Both the position numbers and the translations under genes were made by a program. The notes under the pieces were generated by a model that was not told where the DNA came from, searched no databases, and saw only the letters and a program-made list of their open reading frames with translations. Source: a virus (Duplodnaviria > Caudoviricetes). Taken from it: a stretch of 64,000 nucleotides of DNA. The stretch is taken from positions 64,001-128,000 of the IMG/VR virus record IMGVR_UViG_3300015214_000001; one strand, written 5' to 3'. This document shows, one piece after another, positions 48,939-59,303 of this stretch; positions within the stretch are counted from its first letter, which is position 1; every line of letters starts with the position of its first letter.

Positions 48939-49784
48939 TTAAATAGATAACCCGCGCCTAATACGCGATGTAGCAATTGCAATATCATAAGGGATGGATA
49001 AGGTTTCCTCATTCCAAATAGCGCTATTTGTAGCAAGCAATCCAGATCGAACCATGTCATTCATAGGCTCATCTAATTGACCGATAGCCCATAGTTGCGG
49101 GTCACTCAATTTAGAGTGATGTTTTCTGCCATCTATGATGTTATCATCTCTTACTTCCCAATCTAAATCTAGTGGGTCAGCATTAGCGCCAATGAATACA
49201 CTTTCTGTTGGGCCTATCCTTCTTCTATCCTTAATACCTGTTCTCATGCTATATACTGAACCGAGATTGTTATGTCTGATTAAAGATGGGATCGTATGCC
49301 AACAATGCAATTTGTTTAATTTAAGGTAAGTTTCTAAAGCCCCATCGTCATGAAAATATTCATGACGAATATTCCATGATGCCCATTGAACAAAGTCATC
49401 AATTTGCTTAACTGGTTGTATAAGCGCACAAGCATTATGCACTAGATCAGTAACCAACCAATGCTTATCATGCGTATGACTTTGAGACATGACAGGGAAA
49501 TTATCACATAGAGATGCGGTACTTCCTAAGGGTAAGTATGCTAAAATGCTCGGAATACTTGCTAAGAAATTGTGGCATGGAATAATGTCATCTTGTAAGA
49601 CCATATGATAGTCTGCCGATGGATCATATGATGACCATGCACGTAATGATGTTTCAAGTATTCCTTCTGAGCGCTTATCTTCAATGACCTGCATCGAAGA
49701 AGTTTCTTCACCTAACAGCTTCAATGTTTCTTCTAGGCGACTCTTTCGCAGTGGGTGAGTAAATAATGAGATTGATAGCTTCAA
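48939..49784 (-). CDS. GT-A fold glycosyltransferase-like protein (copy 2)
   Basis: THPLR, HMVLQDD, YFHDD and PSLIRH; paralog of 50790-51623. Confidence 0.7.
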   Translation of the reverse strand: MKLSISLFTHPLRKSRLEETLKLLGEETSSMQVIEDKRSEGILETSLRAWSSYDPSADYHMVLQDDIIPCHNFLASIPSILAYLPLGSTASLCDNFPVMSQSHTHDKHWLVTDLVHNACALIQPVKQIDDFVQWASWNIRHEYFHDDGALETYLKLNKLHCWHTIPSLIRHNNLGSVYSMRTGIKDRRRIGPTESVFIGANADPLDLDWEVRDDNIIDGRKHHSKLSDPQLWAIGQLDEPMNDMVRSGLLATNSAIWNEETLSIPYDIAIATSRIRRGLSI

Positions 49785-49826
49785 GTGATATACCTTATAT
49801 GTTTATTTACTATCAATCTCATTATA

Positions 49827-50788
49827 TCATGTGAGAGCCATTCTATACCATGTTACACTTTGTCTATAGCTTAGTATGGAGATGTTACTGCTGATTAAAT
49901 TATCCACACCAAAGTGAAAAATTGTATTTCCAGGGCTTGCTCTAAATGGGATACTTCCGCTTAGCGTCGCTATATATCCATTCTGCGAGTAATCACTCCC
50001 ATTGTAGCTATGTCCCATAATAGCCACATCATCAGTTGGATATGGTGTTATATTGCCGCCATCCCCCATGTCTTGAATTGTAAAAGTCAAACGTGCTGCG
50101 GCTGACTGTTGTCCTATTCCAGCACTGCCAAAATCTAAGAACACAGTAACATTAGCAATGCCGATGATGTTTGCACCTAATACAAGAACATTACTAGGTG
50201 TTCTTGGACATGCTTGCCAGAAATTATTATTAGCAGACACATAGTAATTTGTGATGTCGTCGTTGCCAGTTATTGTTGGGGTGGAATATACATCGAGTAG
50301 ACTAGGTATAGATAAAGCATGTCGCCAGTCCCCAGGTTCTTCATCTGGATCATATGGGTCTAATACAATCGGCGTATCATTATATGTGTGCATTGCTGTA
50401 ATTTGGTTGAATGAGTTGACTACATAGAGGTCATTGTTATAGACCAGTGTTTGACCTTCAATCGGAGGCTCTGATATACTAAAGCTGCCTATATCAGAAA
50501 TCCAAATATCCTCTAAGTCAGAACCTTTCAATTGCCGATTGTACCATGTCGTGCCATTATAAAGTAACGCATCGTTATACGACGGATTGCTGATTTCAAC
50601 ATCGGTTAAATCGGCTAAAGAGGAAGCGCCGCCACTACCCCCCCCGTAAGGGGAATTACTGAGCCGTCATCGAAAACAGCCCATACGCCTTTATTGCGAA
50701 TGAATATCCTCGCTTGCCCACTACTAGGGGTAGATGGTGTATTGCTAATGTTCGGATATTCAATATATGTATCAGTTAACTTTGCCAT
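49827..50788 (-). CDS. fibre-like virion protein (copy 3), frameshifted at G8 (50638-50645)
   Basis: N-terminus MAKLTDTYIEYPNIS..GQARIFIRN matches the 52660-53589 paralog; restoring the frame gives GSGGASSLADLTDV into ORF 49827-50531. Confidence 0.7.
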
Positions 50789-50789
50789 G

Positions 50790-51623
50790 CTACTGTTCTC
50801 CTCTAGGCTTTTTAATCATAGCTTCTTGGTATGAAATTCTTAAACTATCATCATTCCATATTAAACTGTTTATTGATTTTAACATAGTTTCTTGTTTAGA
50901 ATCGAGAACCACTTCGCCAATTGCCCATCTCTGACCTATATTTAGTTCTGTATAAGGTCTTGTGTAATGAACATTATAATTCGCAGTAGACCAATCAACT
51001 TGCGTAATATCTACGCCTTTACCGATCCAGTTAAACTCAGTAGGAAGGGCTGACCGTTTATCTTGTATCCCACTAACCATACTATGGACTGAACCTTGAT
51101 TGTCATGCCTAACTAACTGGGGAAGGGTATGCCAGCATGTTTTATCATGTTTCTTTAGATACATATCTAACCTTAAATCGTCATGAAAATACTCAGGCCT
51201 AACATGCCGATTATTCCACTCCACAAAATGCTTTATCTGGCTAACAGGCTGCAATAATGCACAAGCATTATGTACAGCACTAATAACAAGCCAATGTTTA
51301 TTTTTACGAACAACATCGTTCATAACTGGAAAATTATCACAGAAAGATACAGTTGCATCTGATGGTAAGCTGCCGATAACTGATGGGAGATGCTTTACAA
51401 AATTGTCACATAGCAATGCGTCATCTTGCAAGACTAAGTGATATTGTGCGCTAATATCAAAAGATAACCAAGCGCGAGATGCTGTTTCCCATATCCCATC
51501 GCAGTTTCTATCTACAACAATACTTACTTGCCCTATATCAATCTGCGAGGATAGATCATCAATTAAGGCAAGTAAGCGGCTGTGCCGACTAGGGTGCGTC
51601 ATAACTGCTATAGAGAATAACAT
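50790..51623 (-). CDS. GT-A fold glycosyltransferase-like protein (copy 1)
   Basis: THPSR, HLVLQDD, YFHDD and PQLVRH motifs. Confidence 0.7.
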   Translation of the reverse strand: MLFSIAVMTHPSRHSRLLALIDDLSSQIDIGQVSIVVDRNCDGIWETASRAWLSFDISAQYHLVLQDDALLCDNFVKHLPSVIGSLPSDATVSFCDNFPVMNDVVRKNKHWLVISAVHNACALLQPVSQIKHFVEWNNRHVRPEYFHDDLRLDMYLKKHDKTCWHTLPQLVRHDNQGSVHSMVSGIQDKRSALPTEFNWIGKGVDITQVDWSTANYNVHYTRPYTELNIGQRWAIGEVVLDSKQETMLKSINSLIWNDDSLRISYQEAMIKKPRGEQ

Positions 51624-51628
51624 ATATC

Positions 51629-52580
51629 TTATGGCGTACCTGGATTATAAACAGTGTCATCGCTATACCACATAATACTTGTTCTATAACCACTTATTTC
51701 GATGGTTTGGCTGCTTGAATAGTTGCTCAGTGAAAAATAAATAATTTCATTCGGGTCTCCACCAATAAATGGGACGCTGACAGATATGGGATATAGCTTT
51801 TGCTTTAAGGGTGATCCAGAGTAGCTATAATCACGCAACTCAAACACAGGCACTTCATTACTAAATGTAACAGGAGAAGGGGTATTCTGTGTATGAACAT
51901 TTAACGTTATATCATATATAGATTCATCCTCAGTCAAATCTATGAATAATAATATACTCAACACACCAGAGCGCATAGCTCGCTGATTATTGCTGCTTGA
52001 TTTAACCGATGTCAAAAACGCAGTAGATGATGCGCCGCTATTTAAAGGCTGTATGTTTGATCCATATGGAGAGCATGAATAAGAGCCATTGTTAGTATCT
52101 ATTGGTAAGAATACTCGCCACAGCGGGTTCATGCTATCTTCCATAGAAGGAACTATAATTGGCGAACCGCTATATATATAATTAGCAGATAATGTCCAGT
52201 AGTGCGGCATCCACACGCCACCACCTTGACTGCCATAGAACATCAACATTTTTCCAGAATAACTGTTACTTGTATTTGTTGTGTCAGTTAGTTCAGACAA
52301 GCTGGTCTGAAGGTAGAGGTTTCCAGATTTCCACTTTTCATCTGCTTCATCATATATCAACACCTGTCCATTATATGGTTCGGTTATTTCAACATCGGTT
52401 AAATCGGCTAAAGAGGAAGCGCCGCCACTACCCCCCCGTAAGGGAAATTACTGAGCCATCATCGAATATAGCATTAACGGTTTTATTGTTTCTGATATAA
52501 AGGCGGGCCTGCCCACTATCTGGGGTTGATGGGGCAGAACCAATGGTAGGGTATTCTGTATAATCGTTTGTCAATCGCAT
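51629..52580 (-). CDS. fibre-like virion protein (copy 2), frameshifted at G7 (52431-52437)
   Basis: MRLTNDYTEYPTIGSAPSTPDSGQARLYIRNN..; ACG GGG GGG TAG; restoring the frame gives GSGGASSLADLTDVEIT..LIYDE. Confidence 0.7.
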
Positions 52581-52659
52581 ATGTATTCTCTCTAAGTTAG
52601 TATATAGAACCAATATGCTAATTATAACATATCTATATTATATAACTTCATCGAGAAGT

Positions 52660-53589
52660 CTAAAAATAATCATTTCTACCTAAATACCAGTCTATATGAA
52701 CGCGGTATTTATTAATTTTCATTTGTGCGCCATTGAAATTACTAAATGAAAAGTACGCGATTGTATTATTACTATTAATTGCAAATGGAATTGTAGCATT
52801 AATAGGTATTATTGTTGGACTATGGGCGGGATTTCCACCTGCATTATAAGGAAAGCCTCCATGCACTCGTTGAGCATTGCTAAATGTGACAACGCCACCA
52901 TCACTGCTATCTTGTAGATGAAAATCTACACTAAACATCGGATTATTATTGCTGTCACTATCCACTTCCATGCTTAATGTAGCTATGCCGTAGCTCATTA
53001 TATTATCGCCACCCCTGACTGGCGAACACCAAAAAGCCATATTATTACCATCAATAAATTCATCATCGCCATCTGATGGCGAGTTAGTATAATAAAAATC
53101 ATTTGATGATAAATTGGTGTCAATTTGCAACTGAACGCGCCAATCTGTTTCCATGCTATCATAACTCGGGATTGATAGTGGGCTGCCCATATAGATATAT
53201 GATCCAAACAGAGACATCCTTTTCAATACATAAGCGCTTTCATTATCGCTGTAAATTAACGCTGAACCATGTGGTCTAGGAAACGACACTACATCATTTA
53301 AATCATCAATTCTTCGCGGAGTAGTTTGTGCTATCCATGTAGAATTGTTGTCATCATAAGTTAATACATCGTTTGTTGCAGGTGAAGATATGTTGACATC
53401 AGTCAAATCTGATAGTGCCGTTGCGCCACCACTCCCGCCACCAGATAAAACTATATTTGAACCATCATCAAATATAGCATTAACTGTTTTATTGTTTCTG
53501 ATATAAAGGCGTGCTTGTCCAGCATCTGGGGTTGATGGGGCAGAATCAATCGTAGGCAATTCAATTAGTTCATTTGTAAATTTAGCCAT
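52660..53589 (-). CDS. fibre-like virion protein (copy 1, intact)
   Basis: GGGSGG hinge, LSDLTDV / IDDLNDV fibre-type repeats, beta-rich C-terminal domain. Confidence 0.7.
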   Translation of the reverse strand: MAKFTNELIELPTIDSAPSTPDAGQARLYIRNNKTVNAIFDDGSNIVLSGGGSGGATALSDLTDVNISSPATNDVLTYDDNNSTWIAQTTPRRIDDLNDVVSFPRPHGSALIYSDNESAYVLKRMSLFGSYIYMGSPLSIPSYDSMETDWRVQLQIDTNLSSNDFYYTNSPSDGDDEFIDGNNMAFWCSPVRGGDNIMSYGIATLSMEVDSDSNNNPMFSVDFHLQDSSDGGVVTFSNAQRVHGGFPYNAGGNPAHSPTIIPINATIPFAINSNNTIAYFSFSNFNGAQMKINKYRVHIDWYLGRNDYF

Positions 53590-53667
53590 TCCTATAATAG
53601 CTCCATATTATCTTTTTAACGATATATGAAGCTATTATACCATCTATATTTATAAATAGTTTACAAG

Positions 53668-55233
53668 TTAGAAGCTATCCCAACTGGCTTTAAACGCATT
53701 TGAAACCATTGTACGCTCTTTATTATCGTCTCCGATAATTTTTATGCCTTCTTCTTCTGTATATGATGAACGCTTCATATAACCAGTAACGGCATCAATA
53801 TAAGCAGAAAACCCGCCATCTTTTGTTCTGAACAAATATTTAGGGATGTTGGCTTCTAAAATTTGCTTTTCATATTGTTCTGCAAGCACAGTATCAACGC
53901 TGATTGCAGGCATCTTTCCTTGATCTTTTAATTCATGGATAACGTCCAACCACCAATCATGATTTTTAGGCTCTACTTCATCTCCGCGACCAGTGTATTT
54001 ATATCCAAGCAGAGTAACCTTTAAATCACTTTCTTCTGCTTGGGTAAGTAACTCTGCAAATTCTTCACGAGTATGCAACCCCATAACGACATGAATGTTA
54101 ACAAATTGAGATGCTCTCCATCCCGCTGGTTTGATTTTTTCTTCCACTAGCTTAATGGCTTGTGGGGTATCGGCGCTATAAGCAAATGATCCGATTAAAT
54201 CAAGAATTGTTTCTCTTTTCTTGCTATCCTCTAACCACTTCAAATTGCGTGTGGTGAAGTTAGGAATAATCCCCTTACTACGAATGTATTTCAAGATCGG
54301 TATAAAACTAGGGTGGAGTGTCGGCTCACCACCTCCAATGGCAATCTCAAATACCTGATGTTCTGCCATCGCATCAACCAAACTATAAATATCACTTGCT
54401 AATGCGTGACTGCCTTTGCGAGTTGATCCCATGTAACAAAATGGGCAATCATATGGACAATAGTCAGTGATCTTCATATCAACCAGTTCAGGCGCAAATG
54501 CTTTATCTGGAACTAGAGCAGGGTAGTTATTACTATCATATTCTCTAGTGAAATGGTGCAGCAAGCTATCATCATCTTGGAATGAAAAGCTAATCTTTGA
54601 ACCATTGTAAGGGTTAAACAGCGTCCAGTAATTACTGACCTCATCATACCGAGCTATTACGCCATGTGATGGCTCTGATACTGGCATTCGGATATTAGGC
54701 TTACCATTTGTAACATAATCCATATCTCCACCATTATCGTTTCCGCCGATAATATGAACATCAGGACGTAGAACAAGATTTGTTAGCTCTTTGAAAAACT
54801 GCTCATGATAATGTGACGACTTAGACCCAATAGCTTTAGGTAAACTCACCACAGATTGATGGTCAATGTAAGCATCAATCTCGCCATGCTTGTCTCTATC
54901 CAACAACAAATTGAAGGTCTTTTTCATGATTTTATCTTGTTGCTTTTCTGGCAGATGCCTAATAGCTTGATACAAAATAATAGCAAGGTAGTGTTTCTTT
55001 TCTCTGCTATTATCTAAGATAAATTCATCCCAACCAAATTCACCTTCTACGCACTCACCATTCACAATGTCACGATCATATTCAGCGTGTGATCCATTGA
55101 AAATGAGACTATGGCTTGATGAGCTATTGGTCGCAAATCCTGACTGCCTGATATTGTGTATCAAGATATGTATATTTTCATTGACAACTTGTTTTGAAAT
55201 TTCTTGTTCGATGCTCACTCTGAAATGCTCCAT
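53668..55233 (-). CDS. radical SAM enzyme fused to an N-terminal GFxTNSSSSH domain
   Basis: CPYDCPFC, GGGEPTLHP and NFTT motifs; IRQSGFATNSSSSH near the probable true start. Confidence 0.85.
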   Translation of the reverse strand: MEHFRVSIEQEISKQVVNENIHILIHNIRQSGFATNSSSSHSLIFNGSHAEYDRDIVNGECVEGEFGWDEFILDNSREKKHYLAIILYQAIRHLPEKQQDKIMKKTFNLLLDRDKHGEIDAYIDHQSVVSLPKAIGSKSSHYHEQFFKELTNLVLRPDVHIIGGNDNGGDMDYVTNGKPNIRMPVSEPSHGVIARYDEVSNYWTLFNPYNGSKISFSFQDDDSLLHHFTREYDSNNYPALVPDKAFAPELVDMKITDYCPYDCPFCYMGSTRKGSHALASDIYSLVDAMAEHQVFEIAIGGGEPTLHPSFIPILKYIRSKGIIPNFTTRNLKWLEDSKKRETILDLIGSFAYSADTPQAIKLVEEKIKPAGWRASQFVNIHVVMGLHTREEFAELLTQAEESDLKVTLLGYKYTGRGDEVEPKNHDWWLDVIHELKDQGKMPAISVDTVLAEQYEKQILEANIPKYLFRTKDGGFSAYIDAVTGYMKRSSYTEEEGIKIIGDDNKERTMVSNAFKASWDSF

Positions 55234-55324
55234 TATTTTCGGATGATTAATTATAGCAAGAACAACTATTTAAAGATAGGTTAAATACGCTATAATAAGT
55301 TAAATCACTTCAACAGGAGATATT

Positions 55325-55843
55325 ATGTTTACTAATAAAACGCTAAAATATATAGGCTCAACATTGAGAACTAAAAACTACTCATCTTATACCCCTATCG
55401 GGGTTGCTGTTAAAGAGGCGGATCGGTTATACGCAGATTTAAAGTCTCGAACAGAACGGTTAATAAAAAAGCTCACATCAGACCTTTCATTAATAGAAGA
55501 TCATTATGATATGAATGAGTTATACAAAATGTATGGGGACTTAGATCGCACATTAAATCGCATTCGATATGTCGAATCGCCATTAACGATGTTTAACCCT
55601 ACTCGGCAATTTACACGTCTTTATGATGACCTAATTCAAGCTGTTGATTTGTATCAAGGAAACCCCAAACAGCGTGCTGAAAGTGTCCATGTCATGTTAC
55701 TGCGAGCAGCCGATCAGAACAGACCTGAGTTATTACTAGATACAGCATTGAAGCATAGCAACAATTCGCCCGTCAATATTGCACGCGAAATTAGTAAACG
55801 CTTGAAAGATTATGAAAAACAATATCAGCGGGAATACTTATAG
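55325..55843 (+). CDS. hypothetical protein (SPxxIA family)
   Basis: AGGAG RBS; starts MFTNKTLKYIG. Confidence 0.7.
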   Translation: MFTNKTLKYIGSTLRTKNYSSYTPIGVAVKEADRLYADLKSRTERLIKKLTSDLSLIEDHYDMNELYKMYGDLDRTLNRIRYVESPLTMFNPTRQFTRLYDDLIQAVDLYQGNPKQRAESVHVMLLRAADQNRPELLLDTALKHSNNSPVNIAREISKRLKDYEKQYQREYL

Positions 55844-56138
55844 CTATAGATAAACAGGGCAGGGTAAAGTTATCTGTGTGGTTTAGCGAAATCGCACTTA
55901 TTATTGTTTATAGCTTTTACCCTTATGGTTTGTTGATGATGAAACCCCGCATGAGAAGAAATGGCGATTTCAAATATAGCGAATTAAACCCCTATTTTGT
56001 AGTTACTTGGTATACTGCCAATTATACCAAGTAACTTTTATATGTAATATTGGAGCAGGGCAAGCAAAAATAAAAATAATCTCTTGAGTAACTGATATAA
56101 TTCATAATGATTGGCGGTCTCATATTATCGGAGATTAG

Positions 56139-56653
56139 AATGAGAATTACTAAACGAACAATGAAGTTAATAGGACGAAATGGAGATGGCAGTAAAAGCT
56201 ACTTTAAAGCGGTTGATATAACGCGGTTAATTGGAGAGATGGAACGCAACGTATCTACACAACGACAAGATATGAGAATCCTTGCATCCATTATATGGAA
56301 TACGCCTGAATACGCATATAATGGGAAGGCACGCATTCACATCAATGATGCGCTTAGTAGTATTAATGACATCTTGCAAAAAGTAAAAAAACTTACCCAC
56401 CCCAACGCATGGGCAAATTCTACGCAATCGACTAGACACACATCATAAAGTGTTATTGAGCCTGATTAGTCAATTCGATAGAACGCTGGTGCGTCAAGTT
56501 GATACAACAAGCAATGCAGTTATCAAAGCCCTAGATAGCAATAGTCGAACGGCCTTAAATGCAATATTATTAGAGAATAAATTAATGAGTCCTTACCAAA
56601 TAGCTTTCCATTGGTTAAGAGAATTAAAAGATTACGAACGCGAGACAAAATAG
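56139..56653 (+). CDS. hypothetical protein (SPxxIA family), apparently frameshifted at A7 (56385-56391)
   Basis: Starts MRITKRTMKLIG; removing one A joins ORFs 56107-56448 and 56450-56653. Confidence 0.6.
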
Positions 56654-56685
56654 TTTAAAATTATAAACAAGAGGTTTTTATAATT

Positions 56686-58239
56686 ATGAAAATCACAAGA
56701 AAAACACTTAAGTATGTTGGTAAAGCGTCTTTGTTGGCAAAAGAAGCAGCGCAGAACTGGGATAGGCTGGCCAACAATATTTTGTCGCAATCCGAGAACA
56801 TAGAGCGCAAGATAAACTCTGATCCAGCGTATCAACAGTCACGTCAGTTGGCTGGCGACATCCAAGCATTATATAGACCGTTGGTGCAAGAATTGAATAA
56901 GCTATCCAATCTTGAAAGACCACCCGTTATCAAAAAGCGTGGCTTTTCCCCGCGTGGTGGATCATTTATGGATATTCAACAACAATATAATTTCCTGCAA
57001 AGTTGGTCTTTAAAAATAGCTAGTCGGCTAAGTGGTTATGAAAAATCACTTATAACAAAATTGTCAAATCCATCTATTAGCCAGAGAGACATAGAAACTG
57101 TACTATATCAAGAAGGATCACCCTATTTCATAGCAACTCAATTTTTGCACCACTTAGAACACTACTGGAAACTGATAAAGAATGAAATGCACCTGTTACA
57201 AAATAGATCATCTCGTTCTATCAATAGCATAAAGAACCGACAAGGGTTTGATGATACCTTAAATGCCTTGTATAAAGTACAACAAAAAGGTGATGCGCTG
57301 GTTAATAGTATTAGACGAAAAGCAAATCCCGCATATATGCACTCTAGTGATTTTAAGCGAGATATGCAAGCATATATGAATATTTACAAGGAAGGTTTAC
57401 GTGCGATAGATAGTATGGTGCGTCATAAAACAGGTGATGATCGCATTGACCAAGCAGTGGCGCGATATTTCAATAATTTCAGCATAAATGAAATCACTCG
57501 ATACAGGGATGCTTGGTTACGCGATGCTAATTCTATTGATCCTGATGCTAAAGACAAAGATACCTGGAATATGATTGATAGAATTGTTAGAAACATGGAC
57601 AATCAAATAACATTTGATGCGGCGATACAAGAGATCATTGACTTAAGTAGTCATGTTCGTAATCGTCAACGGCGGGACTACTATCGTTCTCTTTCAAATG
57701 TTAAAAGAGGTCGCTATAGAAAGCGTAATGATAAGCGGATTAATGACCTAAAGGTCATGGTTAGTAACTTCAAGAAAACGCTAAATGATGTTACACGCAG
57801 AGTAAATAACATCAACACTAATGCTCAACGAGATAAATCATACTTGGCAGGCGAAAATCTTAGGCGAGATATATTTGATACGATAGGCGTTGCTCATGGT
57901 GGGTTGAATAACATACTGAATAACTCGAAGTTATATCACTTAGATGACAATAGCTATGGTAGAGATCACGTTGCACTAGATATTGACGACGCTATACGCT
58001 TTTACATGGAAGATACATCTAAGGGTAATGTAGATAGATTTATAGCTAAGACGCGAAATTCACACGATTCTGGGAAATTATCTATGCGTGATTTTAGCAA
58101 TGAACTATATGAATTGCTTTTTGATAGAATAGAATACATATATACAGCATTGCTTAGGTCTGAACAAGAAGTTAGAAATGAGGAAGCGGAAGCGCAAAAT
58201 TTATATGATAGGATGCACGGAAAAACTTCTGGAAGATGA
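56686..58239 (+). CDS. basic multi-domain hypothetical protein
   Basis: 517 aa; starts MKITRKTLKYVG; first domain paralogous to upstream genes. Confidence 0.75.
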   Translation: MKITRKTLKYVGKASLLAKEAAQNWDRLANNILSQSENIERKINSDPAYQQSRQLAGDIQALYRPLVQELNKLSNLERPPVIKKRGFSPRGGSFMDIQQQYNFLQSWSLKIASRLSGYEKSLITKLSNPSISQRDIETVLYQEGSPYFIATQFLHHLEHYWKLIKNEMHLLQNRSSRSINSIKNRQGFDDTLNALYKVQQKGDALVNSIRRKANPAYMHSSDFKRDMQAYMNIYKEGLRAIDSMVRHKTGDDRIDQAVARYFNNFSINEITRYRDAWLRDANSIDPDAKDKDTWNMIDRIVRNMDNQITFDAAIQEIIDLSSHVRNRQRRDYYRSLSNVKRGRYRKRNDKRINDLKVMVSNFKKTLNDVTRRVNNINTNAQRDKSYLAGENLRRDIFDTIGVAHGGLNNILNNSKLYHLDDNSYGRDHVALDIDDAIRFYMEDTSKGNVDRFIAKTRNSHDSGKLSMRDFSNELYELLFDRIEYIYTALLRSEQEVRNEEAEAQNLYDRMHGKTSGR

Positions 58240-58323
58240 TTTAATATACATCGTTTTTCATAGTTGACATAGCATCATATGACATGCTAAACTGCATGGT
58301 AAATAATAAGAAAGGTATTTACC

Positions 58324-58632
58324 ATGCAGAATTGTGTTAAAGTAATGAAATTGTCAGCAGGCACAACACGGCGAATTAGCGCATCAATCCACAACGATCA
58401 AGGTAATTGGTCTATTGTTTTCTCAAAGCTGACAACAGCTACAAATGGATCAGTCACCCATAATGTAACGCATCCACTGCCCCACCCGACTGGTGAAGGG
58501 CATTACCGTTTGTTAGGATGGGATGGACACATCCTCAAAGTAACTGAACATACATCTGATGGGAATGTATGTAATGAGATTTCAATGTCTCCTCAATTCA
58601 GCGAAGGAGATAAGCATGTCGAAATCAAATAA
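58324..58632 (+). CDS. hypothetical protein
   Basis: 102 aa ORF after a TTGACA promoter-like sequence. Confidence 0.6.
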   Translation: MQNCVKVMKLSAGTTRRISASIHNDQGNWSIVFSKLTTATNGSVTHNVTHPLPHPTGEGHYRLLGWDGHILKVTEHTSDGNVCNEISMSPQFSEGDKHVEIK

Positions 58633-59227
58633 ACCAGCGTCAACCATCGGAAACTCTCAAGATTTTATCGACAGCTTATTCGCGCAAGTGGATAAATCAA
58701 ATTCATCTATTAAGGGTGAACAAGCCGCGAAACGCAAAAAGAAACATACATATAGCGTTGAAGGCTTCCCTGTGCAAAAAGAACAAAATAAACGGCGCTC
58801 ACGGGAAATGTTAAATCAAGATTTGAACAACCTGCTTGATAGTGCTGTAACGTTCCCATGGGTGTGGCATGAGGTAACTCCACCTGAAGGGTATGTTGTA
58901 GGCATTGTGACTAAATTTCAGGCAGTGGCCGAGAACCACACTAAGCTGGTTCTTCAAAATAAATATAAGGAAGAATATGATATTGTGTCTGATTGGGATA
59001 AACTTCCGCGCCGAATTAGCATTGTGGAAACAATCACCTTCATTCCGTACCATAAAGCTCTAAACACACTGGAACTGATTGAGACAACAACCGTCATTGC
59101 GAAGCAACTTCGCAAAAGTTTTTCTTCTTTGCTTAAAGATGAGACAGGAAAAACTCAAACTTTCTCATCACAAGCTGAGGCTCGCCAAGCTGTAGAAACA
59201 GCCCTACGCACTTATTATCGCATTTAA
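58616..59227 (+). CDS. hypothetical protein
   Basis: Start MSKSNK after AAGGAG. Confidence 0.65.
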   Translation: MSKSNKPASTIGNSQDFIDSLFAQVDKSNSSIKGEQAAKRKKKHTYSVEGFPVQKEQNKRRSREMLNQDLNNLLDSAVTFPWVWHEVTPPEGYVVGIVTKFQAVAENHTKLVLQNKYKEEYDIVSDWDKLPRRISIVETITFIPYHKALNTLELIETTTVIAKQLRKSFSSLLKDETGKTQTFSSQAEARQAVETALRTYYRI

Positions 59228-59303
59228 CCACGTTGAAGCACGCTGTTTATCTCTTGTATTGAAGATCAATAGCGTGCTTTATTGTATATTCAGGAGCTTT
59301 ACG

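Noticed and set aside
48939-53589. Diversity-generating retroelement or shufflon acting on the fibre genes
   Set aside because: No reverse transcriptase in the window; repeats are N-terminal with no adenine-specific mismatch pattern; all cassettes have the same orientation and no inverted crossover sites were seen
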